Positions 1 through 12,869 of a stretch of 64,000 bases of DNA are shown one piece after another. The notes under the pieces were generated by a model. The model was not told the DNA's origin. It was given only the letters and a program-made list of their open reading frames with translations, and made no database searches. The first letter of the stretch is position 1. Every line of letters starts with the position of its first letter. Position numbers and translations under genes: made by a program. Location of the stretch: NCBI GenBank assembly GCA_021613535.1, contig CP075492.1, positions 17,980,001 to 18,044,000 of the forward strand, given 5' to 3'. This DNA comes from Adineta vaga. Taxonomy: Eukaryota > Animalia > Rotifera.

Positions 1-1011
1 TGTTTGTATAGAATCGACCGAAAATAATAAAAAGACAAAAAAGCAGTGTTCTATGTATCAGATGTATTTTCCAAATCCGATCGGTTCTAGCCGTCACCCG
101 ATCCTTCGAGCTTGTTTCACATCTTCTTCTGTTGCCTTCGTATTTAGAGCTGTATTAGGATCAATACTCTCGATCGATGATTGACGAATTATGCGTTTCA
201 TTTGGATATGTGATAGTTTGTGAAAAGAAGTCTAGACTGTCGAACGGATAACTTCTAGCGAAAGTCAGAATTTTAAGGTAAACATTTCTCTGTAAGTTGA
301 CTTGCTGTGACGTTTCATGTAGATTATCATTAACCATTTCCAGACTGGATAATGTTTCAGTAAAAAACTGCAGAAATAAACCTCCACCAATTCATTGCTT
401 TCATTTTTCATTTAAATTCACGTAAAGCAGATCGTACTATAACCTTTCGAAAAACAGCTTCCCAAGCATTAGGATAATTTCCAACTTGAACATTGGTATC
501 CGTTGTTTTAGAAGTTCGCGATCGGACAATAGGCAATACGTTGTCATGCTGTCTACTAAATCGATGATGCAAAATAATGAGTTATCAGCCTTTTTTTATA
601 AGACTACTGACCTTTCTTTATTCTTATTTCTTTCTAAACCCATAGGGAAGATCTAGGGTAAAAGAATGAAATCTGATCAGCACTTTAGTGTCACGTGTCA
701 TGAAAGGGTTAAAGTCAAAGGGAAAAAAGCTGATTCTGGATAGTAGAATAATTTGGAAACCAAGCGAAATGTGGCCAAGGAAAACAGAGCAATATAACCG
801 CACGTTTCATTGATATCTGAGCACGATCTAAAAGTCTTATTGGAAATATCTGGAACACTCCGCACGAATACAAAGGAAACGACGGAGAAAAGTTTGTAAA
901 TTCGAAATTACATCGTCTACAGCTCACATTTTGTAGTGGTGCATTGCAAAGAATAAATTTTACTCTATATATTTTATTCACAGTACTAAAATATCATGTG
1001 TATTTTACTAG

Positions 1012-1350
1012 ATGTCATCAATGCAAGCGGTATTTTTTATGCTTGGATCGGGACCATTTTGTATTCAGTTAATTTATACATGGTGTACAGCCAACGTTCC
1101 CAAAGATTCATTACGCTTAGCTCAAGAAGCGTTATTTGGTACAATCGTTCGATTGCTCTATGCCTCCACATTTGCTTCACCATTTTACATTTATGTGTTA
1201 TCATCGAATGAAATTCGAGCAGCATTGAGAGGTATTATGAGCGTACCAATTCCAGAAATACCGGCCTCACTGAAACTAGTTGCAGTAACACGAGGCAGAG
1301 TAGCACCGAGTACAGCACCACCAGTTGCAATACTGTCGCTCCAAGAATAG
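1012..1350 (+). CDS. Last exon of a rhodopsin-like orphan GPCR (TM6-TM7 plus tail); upstream exons not identified
   Basis: The ORF follows a tag acceptor at 1009-1011. It has two hydrophobic helices and a TM7-like 'FASPFYIYVLSSNEIR' motif. Confidence 0.55.
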   Translation: MSSMQAVFFMLGSGPFCIQLIYTWCTANVPKDSLRLAQEALFGTIVRLLYASTFASPFYIYVLSSNEIRAALRGIMSVPIPEIPASLKLVAVTRGRVAPSTAPPVAILSLQE

Positions 1351-1815
1351 ATTTCGACAGCAAACTAAATAGAGTAGTAATAAAGTAATTGGAAATTTGT
1401 AACAGGGTCTATCATCGTCTATATAATCTCATTCATCATATTCCGTATTTGGCACACATTCGATCTTATAAAGAGCATAGTCATGTTGTTTTGCTGTGTC
1501 GCTCTTACCTTTAAATATTATTTCGTTCGGTGTTCTATTCTAGTCTCAATTTAATTTCTTATTTCTGTGTTATTAATGGCAATGTTTTTTAGTATGTGTG
1601 CTGTATATGTTGACTGTGTCATTGTGATGGAATTACTGCTCTGTGACAATCCTTGGACTAGAGAAGTATCGGTAAGAGTTTTCATGGTCGAATGATGAGT
1701 TTTATTCAATAAATTCATTTTACTGTTATCTTTTGATTTTGATTTCTTTCTTTTTTTTATTTTGCAAAATAGTTATGATTATTCAATCCTAACAGTACAA
1801 TAGTTGTAGAAATAG

Positions 1816-1818
<3 letters not shown>

Positions 1819-1881
<63 letters not shown>
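1819..1881. repeat. (AG)n microsatellite, ~31 units
   Basis: Seen directly. Confidence 0.98.
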
Positions 1882-1885
<4 letters not shown>

Positions 1886-2280
1886 ACCATTACATAATAA
1901 ACAAATAAATCGACACCATATATAGAGTAAGTAGTGAGCAAAAAATCTAGGTAACACAAAAATTCACAACTCATCAACAAAAAGAATTAGGAAGAGATGA
2001 CAATATTTCATGGTGGTAGCTCTCCCAGGTGCGAAACAATTAGGTACTCTCTTACTATTTTAATAAAAAATTGTAGATAAATCAGTTTTCATAATATAAG
2101 TTTCTTTTCTCGTCGATTTCTCTTCAGATGAGTTTTTCGAAAAATGTTTTTACTTGGTATCATTAAAAAGACGCATATGGTTTTATAGAGACAAGACTCG
2201 TCTACGTAATAGTTCATCTCGTTTATTATTGCGCGATAGCTCGCAGTAAAAGATCTACTGACTATTTTAGATATATCCAT

Positions 2281-2337
2281 CTTGAGGGTGTGTGTCTAAG
2301 GATTGGATACAACTTTTCTCCTTCACACCCACACCCT
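2281..2337. repeat. Telomere-like palindromic site P1
   Basis: CTTGAGGGTGTGTGT-spacer-CACACCCACACCCT. Confidence 0.85.
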
Positions 2338-2488
2338 TTTCTTTCGAAATGATTTAATAATATGACATAGATTTTAATCTTTACATGGAATAGATTGGTT
2401 AAAACAACGACTTCGTGTTTATTATCCCTTCTCAAATAAAATATTCGAAAATAATTTTTTCTGCAAAAATATACATGTCATCGTGTAC

Positions 2489-5485
2489 TTATATACGAGA
2501 GCCAATGAGACTTTGTCCGAAACCCAGAAGATTGATAGGATTTTTGCCATCAGTAACAAGCATTGATTGTATACCAAGCGCTTGTAACAGTTTCACTTGT
2601 GTCTCTGAATCTGCTATTGCAATACTCTGTATAGTTGAAGCACCAATTGCTTCTACCTGTGATTTGAACTTCTCAACATCGATTAGAGATAATTCGGCTT
2701 TTTTCTTAATTTCTAATTCATTTTGTTCGCGTAAGAATTTCAGTTCGGCCTCACGTTCTAGTTTTAATCGAGCTAATTCGGCATCTGCTTTAATTTTGCT
2801 TGCTTGAGCTTTGAGACGTGCTGAAAATGATGATGTCATTTACAACTGTAACAAATTAAACGTAGTGCCTACCTTGTTCAACAGCTGCTTCGCCTCCAAT
2901 ACGAGCTGATTCAGCACGACTTGTAGCTTCTGCTGTTGCTTGACCAGTGGATTCGACCGCTGCTGATAGAGCTTGTAATTCGAACAGTTGTCGTCGAACT
3001 TCTTCAGCTTCCGCTTCATGCTGCATACGTTGTCGTTCCAAGAGACCTTTTGCTTCTTGTTCACGACGTGATGCTTCATGTCTGGCAGCAGCTTCTTGCG
3101 ATTTCGTTGTAATCTTAAAGGCAAATTTGTATTCATATTTTAACAGGGAGGAAAACATCCGACATTTCATACCTCAATTGCTAATTGTACACTTCTCTGA
3201 AGTGCATCACGTGTTCGTTGATCAACAGGTTCAATACTTTGAATGTCGATTGATGTAATGACAAGGTTGTTGTGTAGAAAAACAAAGCGTTCTCGAATAT
3301 TCTTATTCTCATCCAGACCAAGAACTGATCCACGAATAATCTGAGCTGAATTCTTATGGAAATCATCGAATTGAATACCAGCTACAACACCACGAATACG
3401 TGAAGCAATAGCCTTACATGTATCACCAACGAAATCAGATACTGAAAAGAGTTTTGCAACATCGTTCTTATCATTGATATCTTTCATTTCAAAATGCCAG
3501 TCTAAAAACAAAAGAGAATGATCGATGGTTTCAATGTTTTATCACTTACTATAAGCAAGTTGAAGTGAGAGACGAGCGTGATCAGCTGTTTCAACCACAA
3601 TACTATCCGTAAAGAAATTTGGACCGAGTAGTAGACAGAGAGAATGAACTTGATTGGGAGTTTTGGGTACTCCACCACTGAGAGATATCAGTGTAAAGTG
3701 TTCATCAGGTCCGAGCATAACCAGTTCTGGACCAAAGACAATACGAGCTTTTTTCAGTTTGTAATCGTAGATTTGAACAGCTGCATTATGTGGTACACGA
3801 TAGGTGATCACTTTTGATTTATCACGTTTCATAGTAATTGATTTCGATCTAGTGGTTGTCGAATCACGCATAGAAGAATAACGGTCAGTCAATGGATCAC
3901 GCGCTAGTAGTTCTACGATTTGTTCAGGTAATTCTTTTTCCCAAAGTTCTTCATCTTGTGTTAACATATAAGTTTCGCCAATGACAGCTCGAACATGACC
4001 AGTCTTGATATCACGAATATAAACACCTTCGTTTTCATCCATTGGGATCGCCTTTCGTTGAGTAACAACTTCGACTTGCGTTGGTGGAATATATTCTCTA
4101 GAAATTCTAAATAAAGATATAATATATTCAAAGACAAACTTACGTTGGTCCACGAATCATCCATCGATCCCCTGGAATATGTGTCTTTTTTGATTGTTTA
4201 TCTTCGAATGGTTCATTACATTTTAAAATCAAACCATCATCTTCTTCCAAAATGAATACATCCTGAATACCATTCTGAAGTTGTTCACCCGGTTGTAGAA
4301 AGAATGATATTTCCCCGGCGACCAGTTTCTAAATAAGATTATACTATATAAAGATATCTTATTCATCTTGTTATACGATATGTACCTTTCTCCCTAGTTG
4401 TGGTCTACCATCGAATACTGGATTAAGAATGACACAGTATTGGCGTGAGCTCAATGTAATCACATCGACGATGTCCACGAGTTCTTCATGCACATGAAGA
4501 ATATGTGTTTCCGTATCAGCATAAGTCAATAACCATTCATCTCCATTCAAACGTGTTTTATTAAAATCATCAACAAATGTACTTCGGGCCCGAAGATGAA
4601 GTGCTCTCTTATCTGTTAAAGCGTAGGAATTTTCGATACAAACAATATTTTCCTAAATGAAAAATAACAGGAATCAATTGAAAAGTATAAGTAACGAGTA
4701 CAATCTTACATCAACAAGTGGTAAATAAGCTCCAGTCTTTTTGATCAACCATTCTTCACCGGCAACACGACGTTGACCAGATCGATCATTGATCTCTCTT
4801 TTTGCACGAAGTCGAATTGCTTGATTAGGACCAACGATAGTTGCTTGAACTTCTTCTTCAACACGGACTTCTTTACGAGGAATATACGTAGCTGGTCCTT
4901 CAAATAACCATTCGTCGCCAGCTCGTCGTTGGATCTTATTTGAATCTTCCAAATCAAGTACAGCTTTTAATCGAAGTGCTGCATTAGCCCGAACGACTGT
5001 AAGTGGTGTAACAGGCTGGAAAAAAAGAGTCGGTGTAAAACAGAAAATTATTAGAATTATACTTTTCTACCTGTCGAAGAATTTCTCCTGGATAGAGAGG
5101 AAATGGGCTTTGATCATGCTGTGCTAGACGTACGTCTAAATCAGCATGAGCTAATTTAACTTGATCATTTCGATCGAATTCGACTTCTCCATCCTTATTT
5201 CGTAGCACTGGTGATTCAATAACACAATAGTGTAATGGACTATAAAAATAGAATACATTCAGATTGATCATTCTATTCTTTGGGCACTTACGGAAGGATA
5301 ATCATCTTTTCTGGACCTTTTGCCACTGTTTCATTGTCTTTCTGTACGAAGGTTTTTGGTCCAACTTCAAGACGTGTCACATTCGTGTTCTGATCCAAGA
5401 CATGTATATAATAATTCGGTGAAATTCGGTGGACAAAACTACCAGCATGAGCTTCACTAACGTTTGTCGTCATCGTCGAAGTCAT
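2489..5485 (-). CDS. MVP: Major vault protein, multi-exon, apparently intact
   Basis: Vault repeats ([22 protein letters not shown]; [21 protein letters not shown]), shoulder ([16 protein letters not shown]; FDDFHKNSA) and cap helix (QEAAARHEA...[12 protein letters not shown]). The GT-AG junctions I checked are in frame. Confidence 0.97.
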
Positions 5486-5796
5486 ATTACGGTCGTTTCG
5501 TTTCGTCAGTGGTAATGTTAATATATTCGAATAAACTTGCTTCACTTAAATCACAAAATAAATGGGAAAAAACAAGTGATGTCGGATGTAACGAGCAAAA
5601 GGACAAATCCATTTAGTCAACGCCATGAAAATTTCCTATTGTACACATAAAAACACAAAAAAATACTCGCTTTTTTATTTGTTATTGCACAACCTTTTCT
5701 ACTTCAAGTGATTCACCTCTAAAGTGTCTAACTGATAAGGCTCGTTAGTGCAGCTCCTTTGGAGCTAAAATGTGGAACTTACATTGTTTATTTTTT

Positions 5797-5859
5797 TTGA
5801 GGGTATGGGTGGGACTGACGTGTAAATATGCTACCCTTACGTACATGTGCACCTAAAAG
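5797..5859. repeat. Telomere-like palindromic site P2 (degenerate right arm)
   Basis: TTGAGGGTATGGGTGGG; spacer GTGTAAATATGCTAC is shared with P16. Confidence 0.65.
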
Positions 5860-6082
5860 AGTGCAAGTGAGAGCTGGGCTGATACACGACTTTTTCCAAC
5901 GATACAAAAATGAGAAAGGGATTTTAATGATGACCAAACTTATAGAACTCTTATAATCGATTTCTTTTGTACAAAACAGCGTAAAATGAATATATTTTAT
6001 TTTGAAACTTAGAGATAACAATTCTGATCTGAATTACAATGACTTCAGTCAGAAGCGGTAGCAACGAAGGGCACTGTTTTCT

Positions 6083-6376
6083 TCAAAAATCAACATAAAC
6101 ATAGTCAACATTATAATGAATGCATTGTTGATTGATTCTTTTATGCATTTCTATCGAACCTGATCTTTGGACAACAACATTCCATTTGTGCTCAGCCGCT
6201 TTTAATAAAAGTTGATAAGTGGATTGAAAATTCGGTGCCGTATACAAAATAAAATTATAATCACTCTCATTAAAACCATATGGCAGCTGATCACCAGAAA
6301 CATGAAAATATAAACGATCGCCAAGTGGACATAAACGAGTAATGTAACCACGCACTATTGTTTGAGAAGCAGCCAT
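6083..6376 (-). CDS. Small intronless 97-aa protein of unknown function, possibly of bacterial origin
   Basis: Clean ATG-stop ORF with protein-like composition; the only credible gene between P2 and P3. Confidence 0.6.
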   Translation of the reverse strand: MAASQTIVRGYITRLCPLGDRLYFHVSGDQLPYGFNESDYNFILYTAPNFQSTYQLLLKAAEHKWNVVVQRSGSIEMHKRINQQCIHYNVDYVYVDF

Positions 6377-6512
6377 TTCACTATTTCGATGTTAACTTAT
6401 GTTCTATTATGGAAGATTACAAAAAACAGCAAAAATTTATACCTTTGTTATCATTGCGCAAACATTGATAAGTAAGTCTTTTTTCCAGCTATAATCTGTA
6501 TCATATACGAAG

Positions 6513-6566
6513 TTGAGGGTGTGCGTAGTTGTGTTAGTATTACATCTATCTAGCACCCACACCCTT
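6513..6566. repeat. Telomere-like palindromic site P3
   Basis: TTGAGGGTGTGCGT-...AGTATTACATCTATCTAG-CACCCACACCCT. Confidence 0.88.
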
Positions 6567-6824
6567 TTTTTTTCCTTCTTCTTCTTCTTCATCTCTAGAG
6601 AAGAATTTCCATACATACTGAAAAATCATTATAATTATTCGATAATAGTTTCAGATAAATATTTTATTAATTATATTTGAGAGAAAAAATCAACAGAGAA
6701 TCCTTTTGTGTATGATCAAAATCTAATCTCGTACTGTTAAAATTTCGATCTCATCTGAAATATTTGAGAATAATTCAATCCTCTATACTAATTATATTCA
6801 TTTCTTTGTCTTATTTCTATTTTT

Positions 6825-7200
6825 CCCTCGACTGTAGGGAGGGTCTTATGAAAAAAATTGTTTGTTTGTAAATAAATTTGTGTCAGGGTCAAAGGTCAAA
6901 AAAACATCAGCCAAGGTTACTTGGAAATCATCATATGGGGAGAGTAACGGAGGGACCTAGGGTGATGGGTGAATCCATGGGTGGGGGTGTTGAGCTAGGT
7001 GGTGGGTGAAATTGATTTCATGAGAAGAAACTTGATCGGTTTTTGGTTGTGAAAGTTACTACATATTTGAACAATAACATGAGAGTCATTTGTCGTATAT
7101 TAGATTTCCAGATGAATTGGTCTCAGTAGTGGAACAAGCTGAAAATACCCGTCCTACACAGTCGAGGGTTAAGTGAGTCAGCTCGACGAGCGTTACTTGT
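6825..7200 (+). mobile_element. Non-autonomous Helentron/HINE (DINE-1-like) element
   Basis: Sub-terminal inverted repeats CCCTCGACTG (6825) and CAGTCGAGGG (7159-7168), a GTTT-type microsatellite near the 5' end, and a 3' tail GAGTCAGCTCGACGAGCGTTACTTGT. Relatives lie at 10571, 29067 and 29809-30110. Confidence 0.6.
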
Positions 7201-7450
7201 AATTTGTAAATTTAAAACTTTTAGTTTCATATAAAAAATCATTTATTCTATTCATATTTTGCTGAATTATCGACTGATTTTGATTTCAAGACTTGTATGT
7301 AATCACCTTTTATGACATAAGTATACACATTTTCTTTTTGTTTACAACATATTTCGTTACTGCTTTAGTTGGTATTTTTATACGATACAATGTCAGACAG
7401 CTTTTTCCGTTTATTTTTATTATAGAAATATCTTTTGTATTTCAATTACA

Positions 7451-8088
7451 ATGACAACTAACGAATGTATTGTACATTCTCGAAGGAATCTATCTAATTT
7501 TCATACTACTGTTAATGAACTTCGTCGTAAAAAGATGTTTTCTAATGAAAGTTTATTAAATCAAAGAAACCTTTCTTCTACTTGTATTATATTCCATTTG
7601 AATCAGAAACAAATTTTCAAGAAAATAATAAAAGAATTTCTCGTTTTATTGGAGAAAAAGGACGAAATTTATATACTCAAGGAAATAAGTATAATATTGA
7701 TATTAATCTTATTAGTATAGATTCAAATAAGAAAAATATTAAAAAACAAAACATAAAAAAATTAATACAAATGAATTATACGAATCCATTACCAGAAGAA
7801 GTGAATTAGAGAAAAATACAATTTCATTTGATGTTACAAGACAAGATATAATAAAGAAATGGGAAGAAGCAAGTGAAATTCAACTTATCATAATCAATTT
7901 CAATCAGAATTATCATTGGAAGAACATCATTATATAAAAGGATATTTTATTGGAAAAAATGGTCAACATTTACATGATTTAGAAAATAAATATTAGATTT
8001 CCATAGAAATCTTTGATCAATATTCTCGAAAAAAATTTATTAAAATAGAAGATAAATATAAATTTGATAAACTTTATTTACTAACAAG
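7451..8088 (+). pseudogene. KH-domain RNA-binding protein remnant, ending at P4
   Basis: Two GxxG KH motifs (RFIGEKGRNL; YFIGKNGQHLHDLE) with frameshifts and stops. Confidence 0.6.
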
Positions 8089-8091
8089 AGT

Positions 8092-8110
8092 CACTCACAC
8101 CCACACCCTC
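8092..8110. repeat. Half-site P4 (C-rich arm)
   Basis: CACTCACACCCACACCCTC. Confidence 0.75.
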
Positions 8111-8143
8111 CTTTCTATATTATTTTTAATTATTATATTTTAT

Positions 8144-9205
8144 TTAAATTTCATTATCAATTAAAAATTTTTGAATTACATTTTTATTAAGATCAGCAAC
8201 ATATAAATTTCCATTTTGATCAAATGCAATTCCACCGACACGAGAAAGTTTCTTTGATTGATCATTATTACCTACAATAATATCACCTTGTTTTTTACCT
8301 ATTGACCATCGAACAACACGACCATTTAAACCATCACCAACATAAATTTGTTTTTCATTATTATCAACAATAACTGACCATGGATGATTTAATTGATTTA
8401 AATTATCTCCATCATTATTTCCACCACATACAGTTACACCTACTTTACTACCGGGTGACCAACACTGAATACGTTGATTAAGATAATCAGTAACATAAAT
8501 ATTACCACTTTTCTCGGCAACAAAAACATCTTTTGGATGAGATAATTGATTTGATGCATCACCATAATCATTACCACCAGCTACTATTTCACGATTTTGT
8601 CCATTTTTATCAAATTTGAATACAGTCGATTGATTCCAATCTGCTATATAAATATTATCATTTTTATCAACATATATTCCTGAACAAGATTGAAAAGTAT
8701 TATCATTTGATTCAATTACTGTTGTTAATGTTCCATTTGGTGATAATTTTAATAAACGATGTGGAAGAGCTGCTTCAGAAACAAATATATTATTATTTCT
8801 ATCGACAAATATGGCTTCAGGTTTATTTCCTGTTTCATAAGGATTCATTGAAGAAGGTCTAAAAGTATTACAAAAATATATTCGATTATTTTCTAACTCG
8901 ATCGTGCGAAATATTGTAAGTTGTTACATAAAAAATGCTAAGACTTACGAAGTACTATCATCCAATTCTAATACTGTTATACCAGTACGATTATCGTCAC
9001 TATTAACTGAATAACATTGAATACGACCATTTTCATAATCTGCCACATAAAGATATTGATATTTACTGTCAAATGCAAGACCATATGGACTCTTTAATCG
9101 ATTCATGCCTTCAACTTTTGTTGATTCATCATAACCTGCTACTATAATTCCATCTTTTTTCCATTTTGTTGATCCATTACTTAGTAATTCATTAACTAAA
9201 ATCAT
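8144..9205 (-). CDS. NHL-repeat beta-propeller protein (at least 2 exons)
   Basis: Repeats such as LKSPYGLAFD..YLYVADYENGRIQ and LNHPWSVIVD. Intron 8859-8948 splices in frame. Confidence 0.9.
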
Positions 9206-9852
9206 GATAAAGATTATACTGCCTACATAAAAATGAAGAATATGCTCAAGAAAATAACTCTTTTTAATGGAGATAGAATAAAAAAGAATGAGTCAAAGCA
9301 AATAGTATATCAAATATACTGTGCGTGTGGCGCCCTCTATAATAGTTTAATGAATTGAACATACAATTGATTCTATTCAATAGAGAAAAATTCCAAACCA
9401 TTACAGAATCTGTTTTTCGTCTAGTAATAATTAGTATTACAAAACGAATGTTGGAAAAAGTGATAAGATGATAGATTCCATGAAGATATAGAGAATCTTT
9501 CGAACGTTTTATTCTCTTTAAAGAAAATCCAAATGACTTACTCGCAGCATTTTCATTTGATGATGTATCAGTCATCATTGATTTAATTGAAAAATGTAAG
9601 ATAATATAGGAAATATTTGTTATTGTATTAATTTTGATTTCTTTTTGCTCGTGTAAAGAAAATCGAAAGAAATGAATAAAAAGCAATGTTACTTTTTTCT
9701 TTTCCTTCACGTTGCGAAGGAATAATGTTTTGAATAATGAATGAATGTTTTCTTTCTGACTCACATAGAAAAATATATTATTCATTGTGCATTGATTGGT
9801 TTATAACGTAATGATATATATAAGGACACTATTGTGAAGAAGTGATACCTTT

Positions 9853-9867
9853 ACCCACACCCTCAAG
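9853..9867. repeat. Half-site P5 (C-rich arm)
   Basis: ACCCACACCCTCAAG, an exact consensus arm. Confidence 0.8.
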
Positions 9868-9908
9868 AATTTCTCGACCCACGTCCGTTTTTTTTAGGAA
9901 ATTGTACA

Positions 9909-10494
9909 ATGATTAATTTAAACAAACAATCTGTCGTACTCTCTCGAGCAATATGTAAAAGTACCATTGGGCAGGACAAATTTCTTGAAGTTCTTAAAGA
10001 AACAAGTAGAAAACGTTCAGTTGAACACCGTAGTTTTTGTATGACTTTATATCAGATAATTCATCAAGAGACTTCTGACTTCGTTGATATTCTATTTACA
10101 GGTTGTCTCGATGATTTTACTAAAATTCGATTTGATGTATTTTTATACACTCGATCGCTGCAACTTCGAGATAATATTGAAATTTTGTTTTCTTATATGG
10201 AATCTCCTTCTATGATTCAAAGATATCTTGCTGCTCAATGACTTATCAAATTAGTTCTTTTACAAATTGTTTCATCTAGCGATGTTTTTTAACTGTTTAA
10301 TAAGATTTTTGATGATATTTCTTCGAAACAGATTTTATACATTCTAAAAAATAGACTTCATATGTCTTTTAGGGAATATCTTCAATCACTTTTACTTTCC
10401 TTAACTTGTCTAGGTCCATTAGATGATTAAAAGACAATTCCGATACTAACACCGGATGAAGTACAAACTGATTATTATTCATCATTTCATGAGC
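9909..10494 (+). pseudogene. Internal fragment of a helical-repeat protein gene bounded by P5 and P6
   Basis: The 110-aa ORF continues through in-frame stops. Family not identified. Confidence 0.35.
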
Positions 10495-10570
10495 TGAGGG
10501 TGGGTGTGGGTGTAGTTTTATTGAATAAATATATCTTACCCACACTTACCACCCACGCCCATACCACACC
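10495..10570. repeat. Telomere-like palindromic site P6
   Basis: TGAGGGTGGGTGTGGGTGT-spacer-ACCCACACTTACCACCCACGCCC. Confidence 0.88.
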
Positions 10571-10612
10571 AGCCGAGCGAGTCCCTGGACGAGCGTTACT
10601 CGTATTTACAAG
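10571..10612 (+). mobile_element. Isolated 3' end of the HINE-like element abutting P6
   Basis: GAGCGAGTCCCTGGACGAGCGTTACTCGTATTTACAAG matches the tails at 7171-7205 and 30072-30113. Confidence 0.55.
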
Positions 10613-11521
10613 AAATTTGATCTTCTGTGTTTTTATCAGATTTACAGGGCTGCCTTATTTCATTCATAAATATATATTTATAAGAAATTTAATCTTTCAC
10701 TATTTTGACAGATTTATATGGATGTCTCTTTTTCTCTTCTCTCATTTTTCACTTGTCGGTTTTCGATTAATTTGCGTCGGACGTCGCGTTTAGAAGATTC
10801 AAAGAAAGGGATTTACAATGCTGTGATATTAATTTCTTTCTTTTCTGTTGCTTCAACCACCTGATTTTATACTGGTTTTCAACTACTTATAAAATGACTT
10901 TTATCTTTATTTACTTCACTTTTTTCTTACATTTACTATATTAAGGAGGATCATTGAAAAAATGGCATGCTATTTTAGTTTTTATCTTTTCATTACTTTG
11001 CCTAATATACTATCGTATGTGGTTGATGCATTTCATGCACACAACTGCATGTTCTTTCTCACTCGTTAGACCGCTTTACGTCAATACTTTGTCTAATATA
11101 TTCATATTAATGTGATTTCTTTCTATTCAAAGTACGTATAGGTTTTCTTTTAAGTAATTCTGCATGAATCTACCAATGACTTCTGAGGACATAATCGAAA
11201 ACAAAAGTTAACGAGGTCCCCGAATTTTGCCAATAAGACTTTCGCCATACTAACTTTTGCACTGGCCTTTCGACAATTGACAAAAGTTGTGTTTTAGTAA
11301 CATTTTCGTCTATAAACAGTAAGAATCTTCCACAATAATCAATAGTTCAGTTTTATCAACGCACATAGAATATTTGGTGTAGTTCGTGTATGCCATGATC
11401 AGAAATGGTTACAATAAATTATGCTCAATATAAAAGCTGATTGATATGCAAGCAGATTGATTAACATGGTGGTTGACTATTACAAAAACTGGCTGGGTAC
11501 CAACACACTTGGTCATGAATC

Positions 11522-11576
11522 GGGGTGGGTGAGGGTAGATGTCTTTTCTTCCATTACACACACCCACACCCTCAAG
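11522..11576. repeat. Telomere-like palindromic site P7
   Basis: GGGGTGGGTGAGGGT-spacer-ACACACACCCACACCCTCAAG. Confidence 0.88.
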
Positions 11577-11792
11577 ACCTTGGCCTACCCTTGTGGTATA
11601 AAAAACAGGAAATCCAAAAAAATCGTTTTTGCCATTAGGAAAGGAGAGGAGTCCCCTTAAATATGTATAACAAGATTTTCGAGTTTTTTATATTGTGTGT
11701 TGAGATAGAGGCACAAACTACGTTCCCTAAACAGCAGAGAAAATTAATATATACTATTATTTTTAGACTGCCACAGTTATTTCAGGCAAAAA

Positions 11793-12869
11793 ATGGATGA
11801 TGCAACTTCTGTGTTCAATGAATCTACTACACGCATTCAGTGGATGTGGAATGCAGATACAGATCCATTTTCCAAATCTCAACCAGTCGAGTGGAAGCCT
11901 TATTCCGATGTGGAAAACATGATTATTGAAGAAGCATTTCAGGCTGGTCAAGATCATGTTGTATTGGATAATTATAGCATCGACTTTAAACACAATATTC
12001 AAGTCCTCAATGAAGATGGCAACAAACAACGTCCCATTAAACGAATGAGTTGTCGTGTAGATACAAATCACGTACGAGAAGAACGCTTTACATTCACTCC
12101 TATCAATCATAGGCGTCCGTTTGGTGGTTTATATGGATGGATTTCACCTTTTATAACTGAAGTAGCAAAATATCTGAAGATCACAATAGATCAGTTACCT
12201 TCCAAAGATATCAAGGTCATACCATTGATTGTGGAAGAGGCTGCTCTCGGTATTGTTGAAGAAGGCAAGAAGATCGGAAAACAACGTGAAGCAGCAAAAA
12301 TAGCAAAAATACTAAGAGAGAAGAAACATGCAGTAATGAAAGAAGTATGGGAATGTTGTGCCCATCTTTATTCATTAGAGAGCTTTTTGTACAAAAAACT
12401 GAATGAAACAATGCGATTAATAGGAGACCAAGAATATGAACAAACTTGGCGAGATAAAGTACGAACATTGGGTCCATTCTGCCTACTTTTATGGGACAAT
12501 CCGTCCAATTATCAAAGTACCCAAAATGGAACAATATTGTATCGAGGAGCTGCTCTATCTGATGAATTGATTTCAATTTTTAAGGAAGATTACTTAATAG
12601 AAGATAAGCCAGTACGTTCTTTTCAATCGTTTACATCATGCACTCGAGATCGAGCTGTAGCAGAGATGTTCGGCAATGTGTTATTTATTATGACAGTTAA
12701 ACATGCTTTCGCTGTAGATCTTAAACCTTTCTCCAAATATCCTGACGAAGAAGAAGAATTGGTTTCTCCTGGTGTTTGCTTTACTATCAATCGTGTTGAA
12801 TATGATCAACATGAGAACAAACATGTGATTTATTTAGAGCTTGTACAGCAGTATCGTCGTAAGTTATAA
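11793..12869 (+). CDS. WWE domain plus R-S-E type ADP-ribosyltransferase (a short last exon may lie near 13563-13615)
   Basis: WWE signature (QWMW...EWKPYSDVENMIIEEAF...YSIDFKHNIQ) and ART motifs LYRG, FTSCT and DEEEELV. Confidence 0.9.
   Translation: MDDATSVFNESTTRIQWMWNADTDPFSKSQPVEWKPYSDVENMIIEEAFQAGQDHVVLDNYSIDFKHNIQVLNEDGNKQRPIKRMSCRVDTNHVREERFTFTPINHRRPFGGLYGWISPFITEVAKYLKITIDQLPSKDIKVIPLIVEEAALGIVEEGKKIGKQREAAKIAKILREKKHAVMKEVWECCAHLYSLESFLYKKLNETMRLIGDQEYEQTWRDKVRTLGPFCLLLWDNPSNYQSTQNGTILYRGAALSDELISIFKEDYLIEDKPVRSFQSFTSCTRDRAVAEMFGNVLFIMTVKHAFAVDLKPFSKYPDEEEELVSPGVCFTINRVEYDQHENKHVIYLELVQQYRRKL

Noticed and set aside
1757-1980. ORFs with SLSLSL runs
   Set aside because: They are translations of the (AG)n microsatellite.
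2415-3258. Plus-strand ORFs overlapping MVP (and similar antisense ORFs over the helicase, ART and bacterial genes)
   Set aside because: They are shadow frames of real genes on the opposite strand.
6960-7008. G-rich GGTG/TGGG stretch as another palindromic site
   Set aside because: It has no GAGGGTGTGGG arm or matching C-arm and lies inside the HINE-like element.
9264-9785. 173-aa ORF upstream of the NHL gene
   Set aside because: Low-complexity F/I/K-rich translation of AT-rich DNA with no recognisable domain; at most it contains a small upstream exon.
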